A stretch of 64,000 nucleotides of DNA from Lama guanicoe (GCA_013239625.1 MU053881.1:7957957-8021956); one strand, 5' to 3'; positions 36,701-49,485 are shown, counted from the first letter of the stretch. Numbers and translations: made by a program. Notes: generated by a model from the letters alone, not told the origin.

Positions 36701-38196
36701 AACCATCACCATCAGTCAACAGACGCCTCCCACCATTGTCTTGCCCTTGAGTTGGGGATACACACTCCCCCTGCAGAACCCAGACTGCTGCTTGGTTCTT
36801 CTGCTGACAGCAGAGCAGAGATTTAATCTCTTTCTACCTCCTAAGACCTTGCAAAGTCCAGGAAAAAATGGGCAGAGTAATGTTGGGGGCCAGAATGGCC
36901 TATTCCTGGCTCAGCTCAGATGGCAGCTCTCGAGGGAATCGGGCTGTGACTCCTGAACTGGTTGTCCAAAGAGGTCACGTGAACTCAGGCTGCAGACTTA
37001 GTTCTCCAGCCTAGAACTGAACTCCCCCTGCAGGGTGCGGAGCCCAGGGGGCTGCAGGTGCAACACGGAAGAGCCCTGGCCTTAAGGAAATCGCATCTAG
37101 TAGGGAAGGCACTTGAGGCTCAAGTCACTGTTATTCTGTGAAATGACCTGAAAATTTTAGATGACTCCTTTACGGTTCCTTGTTGCTGTCTTTGCAGCAT
37201 TTCTCTCCCATGTGGGATGTTTCAGGACCACTATTTCTGAAAGTTTATTATTAGGATCATCTAGGTGCCTCAGAGTGCAGAGCTGGTCCTACGGTGGACG
37301 TCATAATTCAGCATGGGGGTTGGGGAGAACCGCGATCTGCCTATTTGACAAGCCGCACCCCCTCGGGTTGCTAAGTCTGCAGAGTTTTGAGATGTTCTTC
37401 TGTTATGTATAAACTTCCCCCGGAACTCACATTTTGTCAACACTTAACTGAAAATCGGCCTCATCTTCCAATTACTTTCCTCCGAATTCTAGAAGTGGTC
37501 CATGAAGGAGTAGAAAGCTTTATAAATGGGGCCCCTCCTCTTGGAAAAGCAGGCCAGGCAAGAGGTTTTCAGAATTATCCTGACATTTTCCCAACGAGAG
37601 GTCACGAGGCCCTGTGCGGTCTCACTTGGCTATTTCCCGGGGACCGCAGAGAGCTGCCTTTTGTTGGCCTTTGACAGGCCGCGTGGCCACCCTGACATCA
37701 CGATGATCGGAGACCATTATGGTTAAAAGACAAGGCCAGCTGAGAAGCATGCCAGGTGACTTAATTGAATTTGGGCGGTTCAGAAGGTGTAGCTTGTTCT
37801 CATTTAGGAAATTTGGATTGAATAACTGGTTCCCTCCTTGCAGAGGGCCAGGCATTTTGAGGAGCTCTGCGTCAGGAACTGACGACCCTGCCAGTCCCAA
37901 CACTGAGCTCTTGGCCCACTGGTGTCCACCAGCATTTCAGATTCACTGGCTGTTTGTCTGTTTCTCTCCTCCCTTGGGATTTTTTTAAAGTTCTGTGATT
38001 ATTATTTTTGATTTTATGGCACTCAGTTTCAAAGTCAAGTGATAATTCTGGTTTGTCACAAGCACATTTTCCATTGTTTGCCCTCCTGTTAGCCATTATT
38101 TTTCCCACCAAATTCAACCTTTTCTCTTTTTTTCTTTTCCTTCTCCTTCCTTCCTTAGTCTCCTTGTAATACGGTCATAAGATCCTAATGTAGTTT

Positions 38197-38435
38197 CTTT
38201 TTTTTTTTTTAATTGAAATATAGTCAGTTAACAATGTGTCGGTTTCTGGTATACAGCATAATATTTCAGTCTTACGTCTACATACATTCATTTTCATATT
38301 CTTTTTCATTATAGGTTAACACAAGATATTGAATATAGTTCCTTGTGCTATACAGAAGAGATTTGTTTTTAATCAGTTTTACATACGGTAGTTAACATTT
38401 GCAAATCTCGAACTCCCAGTTTATCCCTTCCCATC
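38197..38435 (-). mobile_element. 5'-truncated LINE-1 3' UTR with perfect 13-bp TSD
   Basis: Poly(T) followed by the L1 tail. TSD CCTAATGTAGTTT at 38184-38196 and 38436-38448. Confidence 0.92.
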
Positions 38436-38552
38436 CCTAATGTAGTTTTGAACCCAGACTTAAATTTGGGGATTTTGGTTCTTTTGAGAAAGGAAAAAAA
38501 ATTTTTTTGTATTTCTCTGTCCATATGATGTACTTCAAACACCTTCTGGAGA

Positions 38553-38669
38553 GGAGAGGGTGTAGTTCAGTGGTAGAGTTTGTGCTTAGCATGCACAAGG
38601 TCCTAAGTTCAATCCCCAGTTCCTCCATTTAATTAAGCAAGCAAACCAACCTAATCCCCCCTCCCCTGC
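38553..38669 (+). mobile_element. tRNA-derived SINE (camelid Vic-1-like)
   Basis: GGAGAGGGTGTAGTTCAGTGGTAGAGTTTGTGCTTAGCATGCACAAGGTCCTAAGTTCAATCCCCAG...AACCTAAT. Degenerate TSD at 38537-38552 / 38670-38685 (12/16 identical). Confidence 0.88.
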
Positions 38670-38719
38670 AAAAGCTTTTTGGAGATAGTTTATACCTTCC
38701 TAAATAAGTAAACAGTTAT

Positions 38720-38900
38720 CGCAGCTGATACTTACTCGGTGCCAAGCACTCTTCTAAGTACTTTGTAAGTTAATTTTTACAATAACTCTGGGAGTCACGT
38801 TCCCCATCTTGCAGGTGTGGAAACTGAGACACAGAGAAGTTATGTAATATCCCTCCGGGTCCACAGCTGAGAGCTGATGGAGCAGGGAAGAAGGCAGCTC
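38720..38900 (-). mobile_element. MIR SINE
   Basis: GTGCCAAGCACTCTTCTAAGTACTTTG...GGAAACTGAGACACAGAGAAGTTATGTAA. Confidence 0.7.
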
Positions 38901-39891
38901 AGGCACCTTTGCCTTTCCCCAGCAGCCTGCCCGCCTCCCCAGAAGAATTTTAGCCTCCGAGAAACAAGACAACATCAGAGCCCACTTAAGATCTGCAGTA
39001 TTTCTGATGAAGATGATATTTGCTCCCATCCTAGGGGAAGGGATTGCAGGGCTTAGGCAGAAAAGAAAACGTTAGCACTAACCTAGTATTGATTTATGTG
39101 AAAAGATAAGTGGGCACCAGACAGGGAAATCCCTGGCTTTAGGTAATCGTGGGGAGTTTACCTGGGGGATGAGGCTTGTGAGATCTCTGTAAAGCAGGGA
39201 GCGCTCTGTTGCATAGGCAGCGATGTTCTGATCGCTGAGTTTTCTGGAGCCAGTGGATATCAGGAAGTCGGACTTAGCCTTTTGACGTTCAAATCCATCT
39301 CAAATGCGGCTGGAAATGTCGCATGAGGCAGGCAGGGTCATCAATTCACCCAGGTTTCTGAGACAGCAGCGTGACCACTTCTCGCCTCACAGTCTGGATT
39401 ATTCTGTGGCTTTGCTAGCACGGCTTAAAATGCATGATTATTCTTTCTCAAAGGAAACTGAGCAAGTAAGTCGAATCTATGGGCAATAGCTTATCCTCCC
39501 CTCCCCCGTATTTATATAAATGTTCTTGTAGCGGAGGTTGTTTTAAGTAAAAAATTTACTGTTGCTGGGCACAATTATGCAGATCAGAAAGGTGGAGTGA
39601 GATTGCAGGAAGGCAGGGTGCAGTGGAGGTAATGACTGTATAAAAAAAAAAGGATATTAATAACCAGGAGTCCCTCGGCACAAAATAAGGAGATTATGTT
39701 CCAAAATTCTCTCGGTCTGTTGACCTTCCCATCAGCTTAGTTCAAAGAGATTCTCAGGAGGCCCTGAGGATCCTTCGAAGTGCCACCCAGCTGGGGTTCT
39801 ACCCGAAGCTGTACCCGAAATGCCAGCTCTATTCAACTCTTGATTATCTCCGTTAATCAAAAAAGCTAAGAGGACTGTACCCATACCTACT

Positions 39892-40300
39892 TAGTGCTTT
39901 TCAAATTATCTTTGAAGACGGACTTTTTTCATTAAAAAGAAAAACTCTCCAACCTATGGACTAATATATATTTGTAAAACCTAATAAAAATGACTTACTA
40001 GAAAAATGAAATGAAAAAAGATACAAAATCAAAGCCCAAATATGTAATTATTAAAACAGGCATAGAATGACACTTGAAAAAAATATAATCTGAATACACA
40101 TAATCAGAAAAAAGGAAAATAATTATCGCACTGTGCACGTTGGTCATGGAAAAGGTGTGTACAGGTGATTAATATCAGGTACTAGAAGGTGGGAGTGTCG
40201 AATTGTTAATACAAGTTCCTGGATAACTTACTCTCACCTTCTGTGTTTATGTCTTTAGAGATCAGTCATCAGCAGCTCATGGACTGGCAGTGCTCACCTG
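39892..40300 (-). mobile_element. MER102-like hAT-Charlie element
   Basis: AGTGCTTTTCAAATTATCT at one end and TTACTCTCACCTTCTGTGTTTATGTCT...GGACTGGCAGTG at the other resemble recalled antisense MER102. Confidence 0.5.
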
Positions 40301-41094
40301 GGAGTTAATGGGACTCTAGTCTTGGCTCCAGCCTTCAGTGCCCTTAAATATACAGGGTCCTAGGAGCTTCCTGGGAAGCCAGACGCCTTTGATACAGTAA
40401 TCCAGGGCTCTAGGAATAATGTGCCTGACATTGATTCAAACCAGTTATCAGAGGACAGTGAGAGCAGATGATGTATCTTTAGAATTCGGGCATGGAGTTA
40501 TTGATCGAAGAAGAAATTAAGACGTACAGTTATTATAGTAAAGGGCGGGAGGGGGAGGGGCCGCCCTGCCTGGGGCGCCGGGTAACCCGTTTGTCTCCAT
40601 CTGCAAAAATTAAAGTCAAGGAGTGTCAGCTGGGAACAGGGCCAGCTCGAGGCTGCTGGCCCTGCCACCTGACGCTTTACTTATTTTACTTTATTTTGAC
40701 GGGCGTGAGGGAGGGCCTGTGTTTGAACACCCGCTGTATGCACTGGCACTGCTGCTCGTGAGGAGGGAGTGGTCCTCCTGCCGCCTTCCCAGACGCCTCC
40801 AGGCCCCATCACAGTTCATCTCCTCCACCCTGGCTCTATTCAGGTCCGATCCCCACCTCCCTTGGATCTCCCCACTTACCAAGATCCAACCTGTTGGCCT
40901 GGTCCAGTCCTCGTGAGCATGTCCCCCACAGTGTGCCCAGTACGCCTTGATAAATAAACCAACGTGTGATTCAAACTGCATGCTAACTGATAAGTGGAAG
41001 TCACCCTGCTCATGTATATCATTGCACACTTAACATTGAGACAGTTTCTAAAAGTAGTGCCCTGCACGTGACGGTTGAAAGTGGTTTTTAATGC

Positions 41095-41263
41095 TTTTTT
41101 TTTTCTGTGTTACATATTTTTATTGAAGTGTAGTCAGTTTACAATGTTGTGTCAGTTTCTGGTGTGCAGCACATGCTTCAGTCACATAGGAACATACATA
41201 TATTCGTTTTCATGTTCTTTTTCACCGTAAGTTACTGTAAGATATTGAATATAGTTCCCTGTG
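41095..41263 (-). mobile_element. Short LINE-1 3' tail nested in an older L1M-like fragment
   Basis: TTGAAGTGTAGTCAGTTTACAATGTTGTGTCAGTTTCTGGTG...TTCACCGTAAGTTAC...ATAGTTCCCTGTGC. The flank at ~41330-41640 resembles antisense L1ME (GTATTCCACTGTGTGG, GATGAACATTTGG). Confidence 0.8.
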
Positions 41264-41729
41264 CATGTTTGGGGTGAAAGTGCAAATTAGCAGAGAGAAG
41301 AAATCCTTCTAAGTCAGTACTTGCCTGGAACTCAATCATCCTTTCCCGTAGCATTGCAGTATTCCACTGTGTGGCTAAACCAAAATGGATCTATGGATGA
41401 ACATTTGGTCACACATTCATTTTTTTCACATTACATTGTGAACATTTCCATGATATTAAATAGTCTTCTAACCTAGATTTAATGACTACATCAGATTCTG
41501 TTGTATGGATATATTTTATTTAACCAATACTGTATTTTTCTCCCCAGTTTCTGCTGTTATCAATTGTGTTACTGAACATCCTTGTAAATAAATCTTTGTC
41601 TACCTTCATGATTCTTTTCTAAAGTGAAGACCATAGCACTGTAGGCACTGGATCAAAGGGCATGGAAAATTCTGGGGCCATCCTGAAGTCTTGTCGCAGT
41701 GCCCAAGTCGACATGGACAGACAAGACCT

Positions 41730-41930
41730 TGGATGGTGGAGAAAGACAGGCCCTGGTCCTAGCGCTCTCTCTGCCACTTTACCAAGCTGTGTGACCCTTG
41801 TTAAGGATGATACTTTCTCAGCTTCAGTTGCCTCCACATAACGTAGGGATGCGAGGACCATTATCGACTTCACTGGACTGACTTAAAGCCAAGCTAAAAT
41901 CGTGTGTTTCCAGCCCTGAGCACAGTTCCT
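41730..41930 (+). mobile_element. MIR SINE
   Basis: CTCTGCCACTTTACCAAGCTGTGTGACCCTTG...CTCAGCTTCAGTTGCCTC...AGCACAGTTCCTGAC. Confidence 0.7.
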
Positions 41931-43199
41931 GACCTAGGAGGTGGCCTTCCCCTTGGGCAGATGATGTACGCGTGAACAAGTCCGTGTCTTTAACTCTGCC
42001 TGCCATCTCCATCAGCTTGCGCACGAGTCTCAAAGCCGGGCATCACTCCCCAGTTCAGCTTTTGCCAGGGAGAAAGGGTGTGGGGGCTGGAATTTCCAAG
42101 GCATGCAGAGCTGGTCTCAGCTCTTCTACAACGAGAGTAAAACCTCCCGCGAACAAACCGTTGCCGGATGGAGAGTTTGGGTTCCTCCGGGGGTTGGGTC
42201 CCGTTCTCGGAAAGTGTGGGGACTCTGAGTCGTGTGTTTTTGCTTCCTTGATGGGCGTGATGGTGTCACGCTCTGAAATCCCAGGACCTAGGGGATGTCC
42301 CATTCGGCCCAGTCCCTTCCCTTCCTGGGTTCCGGGTGAAGCGTGCCGAGCGCTGAGGAGAAAGAGAGAGAGGGAGGAATGATGCCCGCCGATCCCCAGC
42401 AAAACTACAGACACCTCCCTTTGATCTGTTTTGGTTGAAACCTCCAAAGGTTAAAATGGAGACAGCCCCCGGGGGAGGCGAGCGGTATGCGGTGAGCTTT
42501 GTTTGGAAGCCTGAGTCCCCGGTTTGTTCTTGCTTTTACAGCAGGCACATTTGTATGTTTGGATTTTCCAGAAGGGATAAATCACACAGACAGAGCACCT
42601 CGGGAATCCTTCGGGGAGTCCAGCTCCACTCCAGCCCCTCCTGTTAAACACATGCCCCTTTCACCCGGGCGGTGGGGAGCGGTGCACACACCAGCCTTGT
42701 CTGAGGAGCTCTTTCTGGAAAACTCATTCTTGGAGAGAACTTTCTTTGTGCAGTAGTTCAGCCTTTTAGACTAAACAGACGATGAGAAAATAGTGAAGCC
42801 TGGGGGAGCAGGGGAGAAGAGTCCCTTTTGGTAAACAGAGGCGGGAAGGCGTTGCTTTGGGCTCGAGACCCTCCTCATCTCTGGTTGTTACACTCTGTGT
42901 TGACCATAGCACCCAAGCCAAGAAAGATGCTACCCTCGTTTCCACTGGGTCCTGTTTTCTCTTTGTTTTCTCATTGCTTGGATGCTGCAGTGAGCCTGCC
43001 TGTCCTCCAAGCACACATCTTGTCCTCTCTGGGCCCCAGCACAGGCCTGCGGGATTTGGCCTGCAAAGCAGCAGTCATTTAAAATCAAAGCTTTGAAGGT
43101 TGGTCTGGTTTGAGAACAACCCGGGAGCATGGAATTCCTTGGCATGTGGGCCCCTGGGGGCTGAGTGGAAAGAGGAGAGCCCGTAGTTTCCCTGGGTTG

Positions 43200-43880
43200 A
43201 GTCCAAAGCGGTGTTGAAGAGTCATCTCCTGGCCGATGGGCCTGGCGCGGAAACCAAAGGCAGGGTCGTTTCCCCTCTCCTCCGTCCCTGTCCTTCCTCC
43301 GGTGGGGCTGCCCGGCGGTGCACACATCCTGTTTTTATTACGAGGTGCATTTCGCTTCCAGCCCCTTCTGCCCCACGCCCCCGACCGCCGTGAGCTGAGT
43401 CCCAGTTCCATTAAGGCGCTGATGGAACGCGGGGCAGAGGACAGCACCGCCCGAGGGTGAGCCTCCAGCGGAGGAGAGGGGGGCGTCTTGGACCAGCAAT
43501 TNNNNNNNNNNNNNNNNNNNNNNNNNNNNNNNNNNNNNNNNNNNNNNNNNNNNNNNNNNNNNNNNNNNNNNNNNNNNNNNNNNNNNNNNNNNNNNNNNNN
43601 NNNNNNNNNNNNNNNNNNNNNNNNNNNNNNNNNNNNNNNNNAGAGGCAGTGGATCTTTAATCTTTGACCCTCTTCCGTATAATCTAATCACGGTGGTTTT
43701 CTGATCGTCTTCTCCTTATTTGGTGCAGTTCAGGGAAGAGAAGGAACTCATGTCTCTGGCATGGCCAGCTGGGCATTCGCTGCTTCTTACGAGGGGCCGG
43801 GCTGACTGGTACACGCAGGCTCTGCCGGGTACGTGTGCTGTGCTCTTCACACGGGGGAGGGAGGGGGAGGAAGGAGAAAA
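43200..43880. promoter_or_regulatory. CpG-island-like region interrupted by an assembly gap (43502-43641)
   Basis: Roughly 20+ CpGs in 43200-43500 by eye count, GC-rich and free of repeats. Perfect CArG box CCTTATTTGG at 43714-43723. Confidence 0.5.
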
Positions 43881-44780
43881 GAAAAGGGGAGGAAGGCCAA
43901 AGGCCCTTGTGTTCGCACCAGATGAATGCAGGGTGGCAGTGAGGAACGGCAGTAAAGCAGTCATGACATCTGTTTCATCCAAGGCTGCCTCGCAAACTGT
44001 GAGTCATGAAATGGGAGCAGCCTTAGGTGAGCCTGCTCCCGCTGTCTCTGAGTGTAACAGAGTTAGGAATGAGAGCCAGGTCATCCTCCGATTGTCCGCA
44101 CATGGAAACTTTTATGCGTTTAGCATCCTCCCCTGCCCTTTCAAGCTGGGAGGTCTTGGGGTGTCTCTCCTTCCTCTCTGAGTTTGACTCATAGGCAGGG
44201 GCTTGACCCCAGGCAACCCACACTGAGCTCTTCCCTTCCCTCTGGGTGGGGTTGCCAGGTGGAGTGTCTCTCCAGCGTCTCTGACTCTGAGAGTCACCCC
44301 AGCAGGAGTCCTGGAGGCTGGGAGGCTGGGTTCAGTTTGAATGAGAAAATGAACAGAGGAATGCTTTCCCCTTCCCGCCTGCCCATCCTTCCCCGTTTGT
44401 GTGGCTGTCGCCTGACTGTGCAAACCCCACAGACAAGATCTCTAGCACCTTCCTCTTTCCACCTCTCAGGGCTCCGTGACTCTCCAGAGAAAGCCAGGTC
44501 CTTTGGCCACTTAGACAGAGTTCTCCGATTGAAAGTAACAAAACACACTAGCAAACCTAAGTAATTGAAGTAGGATTTTTGGAAAGCATATGAGGTCGGG
44601 CATGTCGAATCAAAGAGAAGGTCAAGAAACAGGGCTTGCAGAGACAGGCACTGATTCTCTTCAGAGCTTCTTGAGAGCAGCGATCGGTCGACATTTGCAC
44701 CCAGGCACTAGTGCTAATGAATAGATGTCAACTACATTCAGTTTTTTTGGCCCCTTTGCCTATAATTCAAATACCAGGGA

Positions 44781-45045
44781 GGAGAGGGGGAAGGGATAAA
44801 TTAGAAGTTTGGGATTAACAGATACACATGACTATATTTAAAATAGATAAATAAGAAGGATCGACTGTATAGCACAGGGGACTATATCCAAGTTCTCTAA
44901 TAAGCTGTAACGGAAAAGAACCTGAAAAAATATATATATATATGCCTGTATATGTGTAACTGAATCGCTTTGCTGTACACCTGAAACTAACATTGTGAAT
45001 CAACTGCACTTCCATAAAAAATAAAATTTAAAAAAAAAAAAAAAG
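44781..45045 (+). mobile_element. 5'-truncated LINE-1 3' UTR with poly(A), within MLT1-like sequence
   Basis: GGGATAAATTAGAAGTTTGGGATTAACAGATACAC...GCTGTACACCTGAAACTAACATTGT followed by an A-tail. Degenerate TSD AAATACCAGGGA / AAATGCCATGGA. Confidence 0.88.
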
Positions 45046-45737
45046 AAATGCCATGGAAGGGGAATCTCAGTGGCCCAGCTTGGGTCACACGTTTGGCCAG
45101 GGAACAGTAGGACACCTTGTTTAATCGTCCCACTGGATTATATGTAGGGAAAGCCAGTACAGTCCTCGGCAGGTACTAGGGTGATGTGCGGTTCTCCAAG
45201 GAAGAGGAAGGCGGTGGGCAGCCAAAAGGCAGGAGATTTCAGCCAAACATCTACAGTTTCCAGTCTCACTGGAATCTAACTTTGCTAGGCAGGTCTTGCT
45301 ACGGCAGAGCACAGAGCAGCCATGTGAAACGCTTTGCAAGAGACTGGTGATGCTGTCTCCTCTCGCCTCCTTCCCTTCGCTGTGCCACCATCTCCACCCC
45401 ACCCCCCCCCCCATACTCCGTCAGTGTTAGGAAAAGATAGGCAGACAGACTCCCAAAACTTGACCTTTGGAGCTGAGTTTATTTTATTTTCTCTGAATTT
45501 CCAAGGTTCCAATCTTCACTTGTTTCCTTAACTTCCCTCCTGGGCCCGCTCTGCGCCCCATTCAGAACCCTGCCACCACTCAAGATCCCTGTCCCACACC
45601 CTCCCCCAGATTCACAGCTGAGATAAATAGTTCAAAGGCAAAATAAATATCCAGCCCCATCCCCAGCTCTGCGTAATTACCTCCCTGGTGTGCACTGGCT
45701 TCGCCCTTCTGGGAAATGTAAGAAGGGAAGCGGGTCC

Positions 45738-45981
45738 NNNNNNNNNNNNNNNNNNNNNNNNNNNNNNNNNNNNNNNNNNNNNNNNNNNNNNNNNNNNNNN
45801 NNNNNNNNNNNNNNNNNNNNNNNNNNNNNNNNNNNNNNNNNNNNNNNNNNNNNNNNNNNNNNNNNNNNNNNNNNNNNNNNNNNNNNNNNNNNNNNNNNNN
45901 NNNNNNNNNNNNNNNNNNNNNNNNNNNNNNNNNNNNNNNNNNNNNNNNNNNNNNNNNNNNNNNNNNNNNNNNNNNNNNNNN
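45738..45981. other. Assembly gap (N run)
   Basis: Run of N. Confidence 1.
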
Positions 45982-46369
45982 AGGAGGAACGAGGCGATGG
46001 AGATAGACAGATGATTCATTTAACTCCTCCAGCTGTCGCATACAGTAAATATGAAAATCTGCTTTCTATCTGGAATCAGCCTCATTTGGGAGCGAGGTTA
46101 GCTGAATTATATCCTCAGCTGCGTGTTTATTTTTTCATTTATTGCAGGAATTTCAAATGATGGGTTAGCATGGAACGCCACATTCTTCTGAGGTTGAAAA
46201 GAATCTCTGTAGCAATGACTAGGAAGTTGTATGCCCTGCCTGTGGGGCCCCCTTACCTCCTCTACGCCTACCTGGCAATTCTGGGTCCTCAGTTTCCCAG
46301 GAAGTTCGGTTCTGCAGCCACGTGGGGGACAGTGGAGTCCGTGTCTGTAGTTAAAGAGCATCATGGAGG

Positions 46370-46560
46370 AGTCAGAAAGACAAGTCTTGAGGGCAGTCCT
46401 CAGCTCTACAGCCTTGGGCAAATTGCATAGTCTCTCTAAGCCTCGGTTTCCCTCCCTGTCAAGGGAGTTAATGATAGCCCGAGGGTAAGGCACCGAGGAC
46501 TGAACGAGATCAAGAAAGAAGGGCACTTAGAGTCCTGGCTGGGACCTGACACCCTCAGTG
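46370..46560 (+). mobile_element. MIR SINE
   Basis: CCTTGGGCAAATTGCATAGTCTCTCTAAGCCTCGGTTTCCCTCCCTGTCAAGGG. Confidence 0.65.
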
Positions 46561-47131
46561 TTTGACATTGCTCTTGGTGGTGGTGGTCGGGTTACTAGGC
46601 CAGGGTAAGGCTGAGGTTGGTGCTGCAGAGAGAGATTTATTGCTATTAAAATTAACACCAACCCTGGATGCTTTGACTCTCAGAGAAGGAGAATCAGCTG
46701 TAGAAGTTCGTCGGTGTCCTGTTGCCTTCTGCTTGTGGGAGTGAGAATGAATGGGACCCCGAGCAGGGGTCCCACCAGTAGGTCTGGACACATTGCAAAA
46801 GTAGGACCTCCCCTCAGAGGTGGAGGTTTTGCCAAGTTAAATCATCCTGACTAATAAAATGGAAGCAAGTGGGGTGAAGAACAGGTTTCTAGAGGATGCT
46901 TGCAAGAGAGGGAAGCAAAGGGGAGAATCCAGGGAAGAATGCAGGAGGTGGAGCCTTGCAGAGAAAAGTGGCTGAATTTTTTTAAGAACGGAGATGCTTA
47001 AAATTCATTTTTAAACCTCCGTCCATCTCCACAGCCTTCACACTAGTCTGTGTCCCATACAAATGCTGTGTGTGTCTGTGTGTGGGGTTGGGGTGGGGGT
47101 GATGTTCAGAGACAAAGGAAAAGAGGTTGGG

Positions 47132-47247
47132 CTTCCGGGCTGGGGTGACGTGATACGTGATAGCACGTATCACATCAGCCAGATGATGCATCAACTGATC
47201 AATTTTAGCAGAAGCAGGACTTTGCAATTGAAAAACTGACCCGGAAG
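47132..47247. promoter_or_regulatory. Candidate stress/hypoxia enhancer core
   Basis: TGACGTG 47146; inverted TACGTG/CACGTA pair at 47154 and 47164; TGATGCATCA 47184; ETS sites CTTCCGG 47132 and CCGGAAG 47241. Confidence 0.45.
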
Positions 47248-49356
47248 AGCCCCAGCCATAGTCCCTCCCTCAGCCCCTGGAGAGACTGGGAGGAGGCAAG
47301 GCTTCCTTGTCATTTGCATTTCCACCTACACCTGTGCAGACTACAAAGGTTCTGGCTGGACCTCATCTGCCAGGTGTGCGGAAGCCCTTGATCCAGGAAA
47401 TCCTTTCCCATGTGTACCTGCATTTCTGCTCGAGGTAGGGTCTGTTTGTCCCTTGGAGTGACTTTTCTATCTAATCTGAGCACCAGTCTGAGGACACCCT
47501 GGGCACGTGTGGCCCACCCTGGGAGAGAGAATGGTCGTCCACAAGACCAGCCCCTTAAAGCCAAGAGGGAAGGAAGACTCAAGAAATGAGCCGGACTTCT
47601 ACAAGGGACACTCCCACTTTTAACCCATCCTCAGAGGAGAGACTAGAGGTGTGTTAGCAGGTGGGAGACCAGAGCCGCCTCCTCGGGATGTCCTGGATGC
47701 CCTGCAGCAGCTGGGACATTCATGGGAGTTGGGCAGCCAGAATACCTGAGCGGAGGAGAGATCAGCTTGGCGGACGGAGCCTTAGATTGGCAGGTGAAGG
47801 GCCCAGGACAGAGAGTAAGTGGATGACAGCCCCTCCATAAGGATCCAGGTGGCCACATTCTGAACTGGTTTTTTTTAAAAGAACCACCTCTCCTCTCCTC
47901 CACATGATTCCATAGTCCAACAGCCTCTTCGAAGTGGGACAGTTTTTGGAGGGAAAGACAATATTGTCCATTGAATGCAAGCATTTGGTTCTAAAGTCAG
48001 TAGTGATGTGAAAATCTGTACAATCAAATGTACCCTTGAAAATCCCTTAAATCACCTACAAATCTCCAGAACATGGTTCCTTCGAAACTCAAAAGGGAAA
48101 AAAAGGAACTTACTTTTTAAAAGTCTGTTTTCGTTTGGGATCCAGCCTTCCCTGGAGTAGTTAAGGCTGAAATCTAGTTTGACCTGGAAAGATGATGGGG
48201 TCAACAAAGGATTCTTCTTCTCGCTGAGCAATACAGTTCTTTTTCACAAGTCAGATGTGCTGACTGATGTGACTTCAATAAATAATGCCAAGAATAGAGA
48301 AGGCAGTGAACCAAGAAGCAGAGGACCTCAGACTGGGTCTAGCTCCACTACAAACTAGTTGTGTGACCTTGAACAAGACACTTGACCTCTCTGGATATTA
48401 ATTTTCCAAACTTTGGAACAAACTTGGTGAAAATATTTAGATAGATAAGTAGGTGAATAGATAGATACATTCTGGCTTCTTAAAAAATGTATAATTTGAA
48501 GTGTTCCAAACTAGAGGAGAATGAGATACTTTTATAAATACCTGTATTTTCCAGGAAAGCCTTATGAGCTAGAAATCCCCTGTGGTGTTACTGAACTGGA
48601 TTACAAACGGCCAGAATTTATATACAAGGTGCTGAATATATCCCATTTTAGGGTTGAAATCAACTAGTATGTGTGATTTCCTCCATGTGAACAAAGAGAA
48701 GTCCTTCCTTACTGTGTTCTAGGTGCCGTGTGTGTACTGGAGATACAGAAGGTAGACTAGAGGCCGTCGTCTCTGGTTGACTGTTTGGTGCCTCAGGTGG
48801 ACAGCTTTGGAAGAACTGTACCATCTTACAGAACTCGAAGGCCTTACTGTTTAGGACTTTTAAAATTTACACTTTGAAGTGAGTTTACCTCCCGAAGTCT
48901 GAATGTACTCAAACAAGCCATGAATCAGTGGTCTCCCCATTCTTTGATCAGGTCTCTGCACGCGCCCCGGGGGCCCTTTCAGGAGTCGGGTAGGGAGACA
49001 GGAGGTGAGGAAATTACCAGCTGTCAAGACTCCAGGTTCCCCTGGGCCCCTGCGTGCAGGGGTACAGCTGTACTTTTATCTGATTTATATGTTAAGGGTT
49101 TCATGTCAGATTTCATTTAAATAAAGGGTCCACGGTAAGAAAAAAAAAAAGGAAAGAAAAGAGACAGATGCTCTGTAAAGTCTGAGGTCTGCCGTGTGGA
49201 AGTTTTTGTGATGCTTGTGGAGAAACAGACAAAACTGTGTTTGAGAGTCCTGGGCAGACGAGTCCTAACAGGATACCCAGCCCTCTGCAAATGTCCGAGA
49301 GGAGGTGCAGACTCCTTTCCATCATCCAACTCACACCAGGACGTGAAACCAATATA

Positions 49357-49445
49357 CAGTTGTTTCTCATTGTTCATGATACGTATAATCTATAAAGTCA
49401 CCTTAAACACTGAGTTAATGAGAGCGGACCCATCGCCCCTGGGGG

Positions 49446-49485
<40 letters not shown>

